From NCBI GenBank assembly GCA_937901485.1, contig CALGTT010000173.1:1-34934 (forward strand): a stretch of 34,934 nt of DNA. Direction: 5' to 3'. The notes beneath the pieces were generated by a model that saw nothing but the letters and a program-made list of their open reading frames with translations, had not been told where the DNA came from and did no database searches. The position numbers were made by a program, and so were the translations under genes. Numbering within the stretch: position 1 is the first letter of the stretch; the number at the start of each line of letters is the position of its first letter. Below, one piece after another: positions 24,066 to 31,246 of the stretch. The stretch is from an uncultured Ruminococcus sp. (lineage in GTDB: Bacteria > Bacillota > Clostridia > Oscillospirales > Ruminococcaceae).

Positions 24066-27038
24066 TCATTTTACCTGTGCGGACAGATCCGTGTTCATGC
24101 CCTTGATCGCGCCTGCTACCAGACCTGCCACGGCATTTGCGCCGGTTTCGGTGAAATGCGTCATGTCCGTGCCGCCCTCGGTCGCGGAGCACATATGGTA
24201 CTTGTACGCCGCATCATAGCCGATCTTGTTGTAGTGATCGACCATCAGACCGTTCAGGTCGATGTACGGGATCTTGTAGTAGCCTGCCAGCTTCTTCACA
24301 GAATCCGTGTAGTTGGTGTAATTCGCCTTGAATACGCCGCCGCTGCTGCTCTTGAGGCTCAGCGTCGGGGAAATGATGATCGGTGTTGCGCCCTTTTCCA
24401 GTGCGCCCTCGATGTAGAATGCCATGTAATACTCAAAGCTTCCCGTATCGCCCGGCACCTTGCCGCAGGTCGGCGCATAGCGTTCGGGCTTGGTGGATGC
24501 ACCGTCATTGATGCCGAACTGCACCAGCAGGTAGTCCCCTGCCTGAATGCTGTCGAGGATCGTGGTCAGTCTGCCGTTGTCATAGAAGGACTTCGAGCTT
24601 CTGCCGGCGATCGCGTGATTCTGCACGGTCACAGCATCGGTCATGTAATTGCCCAGATAATAGCCCCAGCCCTGCTGCGGTGCATAGCTTTCGCGGTAGG
24701 TCTGCACGGTGGAATCACCTGCGATGTAGACCGTTCTGCCCTTTGTATCGGGATTCTGCGGCGGATCAGCGGGCGTGGTATTGGGAATAAAGGTTTCCGC
24801 GATCGGCTCATCCGTCAGCTCCAGACGCAGATAGTCGATATTCGGCGCACCCTCCGCTGTATTGGAGGTCGTGCGGATGATGTTTCTGCCCTTTTGCAGC
24901 GGCAGTACGATCGCGCGTTCCTCCCATGTCGTCCATGCACCCGTGGTCAGGAACGGCTGGATCCAGTAATCCTTGGCGTTGTTGACCTCGATCTTCACAC
25001 TGCGGTCATTGGCACTGCCGTTTGCCACAAGGAAGGTGCACAGATAGTTGCCGTCCTTGGGAACGCTGACGTTCCATTCGATGAAGCTGCCGAGCTTGTT
25101 GTCGAGGTTCAGGTAGGCATCGGACGCGAAGCCCTCGTTGTAGCTCTCCTCGATCGCGGAACTGTATGCCTGATCCACTGCGTAGTAGACGCGGTTTCCG
25201 GTTTTCATCGGCTCAATGCTGCCGCGTGCCATGATGAAGTCGCGCAATGTCTTTACATCCGATGCGTCCACCGTTCTGTCGGCATTGGCATCGCCCTTGC
25301 GCTTCATGCGGCGGTCAGTGTCGCCCTTGTTCATCATCTTTTTGAGGATGGCTTCGTCAAAGGCATTGATGACACCGTCCTCGTTCATATCGCCCGGAGT
25401 CACATCTTCCGCCGTTTTCTTCACATATTCGAGCTGCCATTTCTGGTTGGATGTACCGTCGATCTCCCATTCAATGGCAGTCGCACCGGACTCCAGCGCA
25501 CCGCCTGCAATGCCGACTGCGCTCTTGTCGTTCGTGACCTTTGTCACGAGCAGATAGCTGCCGTCGCCGTTGTCCACGAATTTGAAGGACTGCGCATCAT
25601 GGGAGGTATTGCTCCATGTGCCGATGTTCGTGCCGTTGTCCGTGCCCGCACTTGCCACATCAAGGAGCTGCGTCTCATCCGCGCCGTTGTAGATCTTGTA
25701 GTAGCCGTCCCCTGCGGAAACTGCTTTCCAGAGGGAAAGTCCGGCATCAATGCCGCCATTGGCTGCCTGCACGACATCACCGCCGTCCTTCGGCATTTCT
25801 GCCGCGGACAGGTACAGACCGCTGTTGACATTCTTCAGCATAAACCATGTGTTTTCCGTGATCTCCGCGCCGGGCTTTCCGGTGGATGTGCCCGTGCCGC
25901 TCCAGTCGATCTGATCGACCGCATACTGTGCCAGACGCTTCGCGCCCTCACGGTTCGGGTGGAGATCGTCGCCGGACATGTAATAGTTCAGCGTCTTGTC
26001 ATAGCCCATTGCCACATTGTCCGCCTGCCACGGGGTAAACAGGTCGATGACCTGTACATTTTCTGCCGCACCGATGGCATCGAGCTGACCGCTGAACCAT
26101 CTGCTGCCCAGCAGCGGGTTTCTGTTGACATCGCTTGCGCGTCCCTGCTGCTTGACGAGGATGACCTTCATGCCCTTTTCCTTCGCCTGCTGTACCATGG
26201 AGGTCACGGTTTCCGTGTATTCATCCGCGTTGGAATAATTGGTATCGTTGATGCCGATGGAGATGATGTAGATATCCCCTGCCTTGCCGTATTTCAGGAT
26301 GGGTGCGAACTGTCCTGCACTGACAAAGCCTGCGGCATACTGTCCGCTTGCCGCCATGTTGCGCACCTGCCATGAGGCATCCACATACTGGTCAAGCACC
26401 TGTCCCCAGCCAGCCTGCGTACTGGTCGCCTTGGGATAGTAGTTGCAGACCGTGGAGTCACCGCACATCCAGATGGTCGGCGGGAGCGTGGTGTCATCGG
26501 ACACCCACTCGATATCCAGCGCACTCATGGTATGCGGATAGCCAGCCTTTCCATCCGTTGCCATGATGTTGAGCTGTCCGTCCGTGATCGGAATAAGAAT
26601 GGAATCCACGGCGTTGTTACCCGTCATGTTCATGATCTGGAGCATATTCTCCGCGACAACGGAGGTGCGGTTGGTGTTGCCGAGCGTGACGGTCACACGG
26701 TACAGACCGTTGGGCAGATCCACATTGAATGTGTTCTTCCAGCCGGTGTCCGTGAACTGCACGGCATCGCTCAGCGCACCTTTGCCGGATGCGGCAACGT
26801 TCTTGATGCCGGCGGTATTGGCAAAGCCGTAGCCGCGTGAGGCGTTGTAGCCATCTCCCGCGCCCACGCCGGTATAGCCCGATGCTGCGCCGCTTCCGCC
26901 GAAGTCAAAGTGGTAATTTGTTCCCGCCGCAGATGCCGTCATGCGATTTTTTGACGGAATACTGCCGGAAACGCCGGTCGCCGCCATTGCACAGGCAAGG
27001 AATGCGCCGGTCAGACGTTTCAATACTCTGGATTGCAT
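24066..27038 (-). CDS. Secreted multidomain esterase: two CE12/SGNH (rhamnogalacturonan acetylesterase-like) modules, a ricin-type (CBM13) lectin, an internal dockerin and a CBM6/35-like module
   Basis: Track ORF trimmed to ATG 27038 (MQSRVLKRLTGAFLACAMAATG), with SD AAGGGGAG 5 nt upstream. SGNH blocks: MCGDSTVCNY / ASGQYAAGF / GINDTN, and IAGDSTVQTY / AGRSSKSF / GINDGA. Beta-trefoil with QxW (NQKWQL). Dockerin: GDMNEDGVINAFDEAILKKMM ... GDANADRTVDASDVKTLRDFIM. CBM6/35-like: YLNLDNKLGSFIEWNV ... NIDYLRLE. Confidence 0.9.
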   Translation of the reverse strand: MQSRVLKRLTGAFLACAMAATGVSGSIPSKNRMTASAAGTNYHFDFGGSGAASGYTGVGAGDGYNASRGYGFANTAGIKNVAASGKGALSDAVQFTDTGWKNTFNVDLPNGLYRVTVTLGNTNRTSVVAENMLQIMNMTGNNAVDSILIPITDGQLNIMATDGKAGYPHTMSALDIEWVSDDTTLPPTIWMCGDSTVCNYYPKATSTQAGWGQVLDQYVDASWQVRNMAASGQYAAGFVSAGQFAPILKYGKAGDIYIISIGINDTNYSNADEYTETVTSMVQQAKEKGMKVILVKQQGRASDVNRNPLLGSRWFSGQLDAIGAAENVQVIDLFTPWQADNVAMGYDKTLNYYMSGDDLHPNREGAKRLAQYAVDQIDWSGTGTSTGKPGAEITENTWFMLKNVNSGLYLSAAEMPKDGGDVVQAANGGIDAGLSLWKAVSAGDGYYKIYNGADETQLLDVASAGTDNGTNIGTWSNTSHDAQSFKFVDNGDGSYLLVTKVTNDKSAVGIAGGALESGATAIEWEIDGTSNQKWQLEYVKKTAEDVTPGDMNEDGVINAFDEAILKKMMNKGDTDRRMKRKGDANADRTVDASDVKTLRDFIMARGSIEPMKTGNRVYYAVDQAYSSAIEESYNEGFASDAYLNLDNKLGSFIEWNVSVPKDGNYLCTFLVANGSANDRSVKIEVNNAKDYWIQPFLTTGAWTTWEERAIVLPLQKGRNIIRTTSNTAEGAPNIDYLRLELTDEPIAETFIPNTTPADPPQNPDTKGRTVYIAGDSTVQTYRESYAPQQGWGYYLGNYMTDAVTVQNHAIAGRSSKSFYDNGRLTTILDSIQAGDYLLVQFGINDGASTKPERYAPTCGKVPGDTGSFEYYMAFYIEGALEKGATPIIISPTLSLKSSSGGVFKANYTNYTDSVKKLAGYYKIPYIDLNGLMVDHYNKIGYDAAYKYHMCSATEGGTDMTHFTETGANAVAGLVAGAIKGMNTDLSAQVK

Positions 27039-27269
27039 AAAAACTCCCCTTTCGATCGAAGCATTATTGTGAATATTGCATGTCTTTGTTATTATCTTAC
27101 TATATTTTTCCGGTCTTTTCAATGAACGATTCTCTTTAAAACTACATTTTTACAACTCTTTTCCATGCAGTCTATGACTTTTTCTGCACTTTTTGTGGGG
27201 TTTTATTTTTGCCGGAAAAATGTTTTAACTTATTTTCAGAAATTTTATTTTTAAGGGAAGTACTGCGAT

Positions 27270-27298
27270 TTGACAAAAGAGAAGCAAAGCGGTATAAT
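27270..27298 (+). promoter_or_regulatory. Exact consensus sigma-A promoter with an AT-rich upstream (UP-like) region
   Basis: TTGACA (27270-27275), 17 nt, TATAAT (27293-27298). A/T tracts at 27225-27260. Confidence 0.7.
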
Positions 27299-27346
27299 AG
27301 GATAGATACATGTTCAAGAAACCGAACCGGAAAGGAGCTATTATAA

Positions 27347-27463
27347 ATGTATATTCCAGAAGTACCGGACAACTCCCTCAGGGAGCGTATTGCAGCGATC
27401 GCTGCTTACAGCAGGGATCTGAACTTCGGCGATATCCTCGGCTGGCTGGAGGAGTGTATATAA
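27347..27463 (+). CDS. 38-aa hypothetical peptide
   Basis: Not in the track. My translation: MYIPEVPDNSLRERIAAIAAYSRDLNFGDILGWLEECI. SD AAAGGAG 9 nt upstream. Its stop overlaps the next start (TAATG). Confidence 0.4.
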   Translation: MYIPEVPDNSLRERIAAIAAYSRDLNFGDILGWLEECI

Positions 27464-27735
27464 TGGACAGGGTAAAGAAGTTTCTCAGATACAACTGGGG
27501 CTATCTGCTCGGTGCGGCATTCGTTGTGCCGTGGTGCATGACATCCGGCATCCTGAAAGCCCTCTGCTGGATTGCGGCGGCGGGCATTCTGTTTGCAGTG
27601 AGCTTTTTCAACCGCAGGCGCACGGAATCCAAAAAAGGCAGGACCATCTACACGCTGCTCACCATCTTCTACGGCTGGATGCTGCTTTGTTCGCCGCTTC
27701 TGCTGGTTATGGAGCTGATGGTTCCAAAACAATGA
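27463..27735 (+). CDS. 90-aa membrane protein with three predicted TM segments, unknown function
   Basis: Internal ATG of track ORF 27310-27735 (MDRVKKFLRYNWGYLLGAAFVVPW...). Start-stop overlap with the 38-aa ORF. The track N-terminal extension would begin only about 5 nt downstream of the predicted TSS of the 27270-27298 promoter and has no SD. Confidence 0.6.
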   Translation: MDRVKKFLRYNWGYLLGAAFVVPWCMTSGILKALCWIAAAGILFAVSFFNRRRTESKKGRTIYTLLTIFYGWMLLCSPLLLVMELMVPKQ

Positions 27736-27751
27736 AAAGGACGTGATACAC

Positions 27752-28531
27752 ATGCTATACGCAAACTACCACACCCACACCGCGCGGTGCAGACATGCCG
27801 CGGGTGAGGACAGGGAATACATCGAACACGCCATCCGCGCAGGAATGCAGGTGCTCGGCTTTGCCGACCACAACCCGTGGTGCTACGACACGGACTATAT
27901 TTCCGGCTCGCGGATGCTCCCCTCCCAGCTCGACCGCTACTTCACCTCCCTGCTTGATCTCAAGCGCGAATATGCGCGGGATATCACCATTTATATCGGC
28001 TTTGAAACGGAGTATCTGCCGGAGAAGATGGCTTCCCTTGACGAAATGCTCAAGGGGTATCCGGTGGATTATATGCTCCTCGGTGAGCATTTCACCGAAA
28101 GTGAGCCATACGGCAGCTACACGGGCTTGCCGTGTCCCGATGCAGCAGAATTCCGCCGCTATATCGACCTTTGCATTGAAGGAATGGAAACGGGACGCTT
28201 TGCCTATCTTGCCCATCCCGACCTCTTTCATTTTGTCGGGGACGCGCAGATCTATGACGCGGAGTACCGCCGGCTGTGTGCGTATCTCAGGTCGCGGAAC
28301 ATTCCGGTGGAGATCAACCTCCTCGGTGTGGTCGAGGGGCGGCACTACACCTCACCTGCGTTTCTGAAGATCGCACAGGAGGTGGGCAATTCCGCTATCA
28401 TCGGCGTGGACGCGCACACCCCCGACCGGATGAGCAATGTGCAGATGCACGAACAGTGCCGTGCACTTGCCGAGCGTTTCGGGCTTCCCCTCGTGGAATT
28501 CCTGCCGGAGCTTCCGGCGGCAAGGGACTGA
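27752..28531 (+). CDS. HisJ-family histidinol-phosphatase / PHP-domain phosphoesterase
   Basis: Track ORF (GTG 27743) trimmed to ATG 27752 (MLYANYHTHTARCRHA). PHP metal motifs: YHTHT..C.HA, GFADH, GFETEY, LLGEH, AHPDL, GVDAH. Confidence 0.9.
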   Translation: MLYANYHTHTARCRHAAGEDREYIEHAIRAGMQVLGFADHNPWCYDTDYISGSRMLPSQLDRYFTSLLDLKREYARDITIYIGFETEYLPEKMASLDEMLKGYPVDYMLLGEHFTESEPYGSYTGLPCPDAAEFRRYIDLCIEGMETGRFAYLAHPDLFHFVGDAQIYDAEYRRLCAYLRSRNIPVEINLLGVVEGRHYTSPAFLKIAQEVGNSAIIGVDAHTPDRMSNVQMHEQCRALAERFGLPLVEFLPELPAARD

Positions 28532-28567
28532 TATTTCAAAAAAATGCATTGCGGATGAAAATTTCTC

Positions 28568-28596
28568 TTTACATCTGCGAAAAAGTATGCTATAAT
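28568..28596 (+). promoter_or_regulatory. Candidate sigma-A promoter for ddh
   Basis: TTTACA (28568-28573), 17 nt, TATAAT (28591-28596), with an extended TG. The leader to ATG 28687 is about 85 nt. Confidence 0.6.
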
Positions 28597-28686
28597 AAAG
28601 TTGTCGGTATTTTCAGACAGTTGTCCGCCCGTGGCGGTCAGGTGTACCAAATGCTCCGACTGCAAAAAAATCAGCATGGAGGAATT

Positions 28687-29679
28687 ATGATGGAAAAAAT
28701 CAGAATCGGCATTGCAGGCTACGGCAACCTCGGCAAGGGCGTGGAGCTTGCGATCGGGCAGAATGATGATATGGAGCTTGTGGGCGTATTCACCAGACGC
28801 GACCCGGCATCCGTGAAGCTCATGACGCAGGGCGTTCCGGCGTACCGCATGGACGATGCGGAGAAAATGCAGGATGCCATTGATGTGATGATCATCTGCG
28901 GCGGCAGTGCGACCGATCTGCCGGAGCAGACACCGGCACTGGCGAAGCTTTTCAACGTCATTGACAGCTTTGACACCCATGCAAGAATTCCGGAGCATTT
29001 TGCAAACGTGGACGCTGCCGCAAAGGAAAGCGGTCATCTGGCGATGATCTCCCTCGGCTGGGATCCCGGTCTGTTCTCGCTGAACCGCCTGTATGCGGAG
29101 TCCATTCTCCCCTGCGGCAAGACCTACACCTTCTGGGGCAAGGGCGTGAGTCAGGGACATTCCGACGCGATCCGCAGAGTGGCAGGTGTCAAGCGCGGCA
29201 TTCAGTACACTGTTCCCGTGGACGCGGCAATGGACGCAGTCCGCAGCGGCGCACAGCCGGAGCTTTCCACGCGTGAAAAGCACGAGAGAGTGTGCTTTGT
29301 GGTTGCCGAGGAGGGTGCTGACAAGGCTGCGATCGAGAACGAGATCAAGACGATGAAGAATTATTTCGACCAGTACAACACGACGGTCAATTTCATTACA
29401 GAGGAAGAATTTGACGCACAGCACACGACCATGCCGCACGGCGGATTCGTGATGCGCAGTGCAAAGACGGGCGCGGGCGAGCAGAATCACCAGATGATCG
29501 AATACTCCCTGAAGCTCGACTCCAATCCGGAGTTCACCGCAAGCGTGCTGGTTGCCTATGCAAGAGCACTGCACCGCATGAAGGCGGAGGGCATGACCGG
29601 ATGCAAGACGGCGTTCGATGTCGCACCGGCATATCTGAGCCGCATGAGTGCGGAGGAGCTTCGTGCGCAGATGCTGTAA
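28687..29679 (+). CDS. ddh: meso-diaminopimelate D-dehydrogenase
   Basis: Track ORF 28276-29679 trimmed to MMEKIRIGIAGYGNLGKG (GGAGG 4 nt before ATG 28687 and 7 nt before ATG 28690). About 330 aa. Matches the Ddh family along its length: Rossmann GYGNLG, WDPGLFS, GVSQGHSDA, MPHGG. Confidence 0.95.
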   Translation: MMEKIRIGIAGYGNLGKGVELAIGQNDDMELVGVFTRRDPASVKLMTQGVPAYRMDDAEKMQDAIDVMIICGGSATDLPEQTPALAKLFNVIDSFDTHARIPEHFANVDAAAKESGHLAMISLGWDPGLFSLNRLYAESILPCGKTYTFWGKGVSQGHSDAIRRVAGVKRGIQYTVPVDAAMDAVRSGAQPELSTREKHERVCFVVAEEGADKAAIENEIKTMKNYFDQYNTTVNFITEEEFDAQHTTMPHGGFVMRSAKTGAGEQNHQMIEYSLKLDSNPEFTASVLVAYARALHRMKAEGMTGCKTAFDVAPAYLSRMSAEELRAQML

Positions 29680-29686
29680 AAATATC

Positions 29687-29717
29687 CCCCTCCTGAAACA
29701 ATTTTCAGGAGGGGTTT
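29687..29717 (+). terminator. Rho-independent terminator of ddh
   Basis: Perfect 12-bp stem CCCCTCCTGAAA / TTTCAGGAGGGG with a 4-nt loop, then TTT, which runs into the -35 of the next promoter. Confidence 0.7.
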
Positions 29718-29744
29718 GACATTTGGGGGAGAATGTGGTATAAT
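29716..29744 (+). promoter_or_regulatory. Exact consensus sigma-A promoter
   Basis: TTGACA (29716-29721), 17 nt, TATAAT (29739-29744), with an extended TG (TGgTATAAT). Confidence 0.7.
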
Positions 29745-29843
29745 GGTGGGGTGGAGTTTGGCGGAACTGGCAGACGTGCTTGATTGTGGGTGTGTTACTA
29801 CAGTGGACGGATACATGAGGTACTCAGAAAGGCTGTGCAGTTT

Positions 29844-30206
29844 ATGAATTACAATAAAATTTTGTATGATGTGACTGCCATGCTGCTGATGCTGCAAGTC
29901 CAGATGAAAGAGTACAGTTATTCCACGGTCGTTTCCCGATACTTCTGTGAGTGTGGTTATTCAGGTGCGAGAAATTCCGAATATGCGGCGGTCGAAGCAC
30001 TTGCGATACTGTTGTCACTTGAACGAAATGGTGTACCAATTCCCTCAGAAATGATAGATGAGCTTGAAAAATGTATTCATCGTATTGATGGTGATTTTAT
30101 TTCTGCATATATTTCGGATGCGGATAGAAAGCAGTTCGAAGAGGATCTGGATACTGTCAAATTTGTCATTCGCTGGTATCGGACAACTGATGGAAAACTG
30201 ACATAA
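29844..30206 (+). CDS. 120-aa hypothetical protein (AT-rich cassette)
   Basis: ATG within track ORF 29784-30206 (MNYNKILYDVTAMLLMLQVQMKEY...). Only a weak, distant SD (GAAAGG, 12 nt upstream), so the start is uncertain. No recognisable domain. Lower G+C than its surroundings. Confidence 0.45.
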   Translation: MNYNKILYDVTAMLLMLQVQMKEYSYSTVVSRYFCECGYSGARNSEYAAVEALAILLSLERNGVPIPSEMIDELEKCIHRIDGDFISAYISDADRKQFEEDLDTVKFVIRWYRTTDGKLT

Positions 30207-30225
30207 TGAATATTCTTAGGAGCAA

Positions 30226-30477
30226 ATGATGTCCAATAAAATTCTGCATCTCATTTATTTGAGAACTGGCGAGATGCTTTTGAGCAAGAAAGAATATTCC
30301 CATTGGGAAGAAATCCAAGATGAGTACGAACATTATATGACGGATTTAGCATTTGACTCATGTGAAGATTTAATCAGTTACTTTGAATTGGATTTTGGTG
30401 ATGAATCGCACTGGCCCTTTTCAAAAAATGAACTCTTACATTTTATTAATTCAGATGAGGTTGTTTTATCAACCTAA
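30226..30477 (+). CDS. 83-aa acidic hypothetical protein (AT-rich cassette)
   Basis: Track ORF. AGGAG lies 3 nt before ATG 30226 and 6 nt before ATG 30229. 18 D/E against 5 K/R. A hand count gives 22/60 G+C for 30241-30300. No recognisable domain. Confidence 0.55.
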   Translation: MMSNKILHLIYLRTGEMLLSKKEYSHWEEIQDEYEHYMTDLAFDSCEDLISYFELDFGDESHWPFSKNELLHFINSDEVVLST

Positions 30478-30487
30478 AATTGAATAT

Positions 30488-30569
30488 GCGCCTGTGGTGA
30501 AATTGGCATACACGTTGGATTTAGGTTCCAATTCCGCAAGGAGTGCAGGTTCAAGTCCTGTCAGGCGCA
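30488..30569 (+). tRNA. tRNA-Leu (anticodon UAG)
   Basis: Hand-folded cloverleaf. Acceptor GCGCCTG/CAGGCGC. D-arm GTG-AAATTGGCATA-CAC. Anticodon arm TTGGA-TTTAGGT-TCCAA. Long variable arm TTCCGCAAGGAGT. T-arm GCAGG-TTCAAGT-CCTGT. Discriminator A. CCA is not encoded. Confidence 0.9.
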
Positions 30570-30575
30570 CTCACA

Positions 30576-30602
30576 AGCCCCCGAATGATCGGGGGCTTTT
30601 TT
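30576..30602 (+). terminator. Rho-independent terminator after tRNA-Leu
   Basis: GCCCCCGA atga TCGGGGGC (8-bp stem) followed by TTTTTT. Confidence 0.85.
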
Positions 30603-30611
30603 ATACCCGTA

Positions 30612-30640
30612 TTGACAAACGCTATTTCAGGGAGTATAAT
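30612..30640 (+). promoter_or_regulatory. Exact consensus sigma-A promoter for the sigma-factor gene
   Basis: TTGACA (30612-30617), 17 nt, TATAAT (30635-30640). Confidence 0.7.
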
Positions 30641-30684
30641 TAATGCAACAAGATATTCCCCTTTGTGAATTATTGGAGGAAATT

Positions 30685-31140
30685 ATGATTGGAAATGTGA
30701 TAGAGCTGATCTATCGTGAGTACTACTCCGCAGTGTTCCAGTACTGCCGCACGCGCCTCAACGGCGATTTTGCCGCGGCGGAGGACTGCACGCAGGAGGT
30801 CTTTCTGGTACTGACAAAAAAGATCAAAAAGCTCGTGGAACTCGAATCCATTCTGCCGTGGCTGTACAGGACGGCAGATCTGGAAATCAAGAAATACCGA
30901 CGAAAAAACCCCGTAACGACCGACATTGACGAGATACCGGAGCCTGCCGCGCCGGAGCACGCGGAAAGCCCGCTGGACATTCTCGATGAGGAGGAACGGC
31001 GGCTCGTGGAGCTGTATTACAGCGGTGCGGACAAGTTCGCGCTTGCCGAGCAGATGGGCATTTCGTTGGATGCACTGTACAAGCGGATTCATCGGATACG
31101 GGCGAAGCTGAAAGCGTATATGGATAATCCTGACAAATAA
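30685..31140 (+). CDS. Sigma-70 family RNA polymerase sigma factor of ECF size (regions 2 and 4 only)
   Basis: Track ORF trimmed to ATG 30685 (MIGNVIELIYREYYSAVFQYC...), with GGAGG 5 nt upstream. The product is 151 aa. Region 2: AAEDCTQEVFLVLTKK. Region 4 HTH: LDEEERRLVELYYSGADKFALAEQMGISLDALYKRIHRIRAKLK. Confidence 0.85.
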   Translation: MIGNVIELIYREYYSAVFQYCRTRLNGDFAAAEDCTQEVFLVLTKKIKKLVELESILPWLYRTADLEIKKYRRKNPVTTDIDEIPEPAAPEHAESPLDILDEEERRLVELYYSGADKFALAEQMGISLDALYKRIHRIRAKLKAYMDNPDK

Positions 31141-31246
31141 TGCACCCAAAATTTGTGCATTCCTACAAAGTTACAAATCCGATGTCAAAAACAGCCCCTT
31201 TTTGGACGGATATAAGTAAAGGGGCAAGAAAATGAGGTGAGTTTTT

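Noticed and set aside
24057-26375. 772-aa plus-strand ORF
   Set aside because: It is antisense to the CE12 esterase gene.
28597-28686. ddh leader (GTCGG ... CCGCC cgt GGCGG ... CCGAC) considered as a lysine riboswitch
   Set aside because: It is only about 85 nt long, far shorter than an L-box. It has no L-box conserved elements that I can see, and no terminator or SD-sequestering helix. It is probably an ordinary structured 5' UTR.
28345-29574. 409-aa minus-strand ORF
   Set aside because: It is antisense to ddh.
30383-30643. 86-aa plus-strand ORF
   Set aside because: It reads straight through the tRNA-Leu gene and its terminator.
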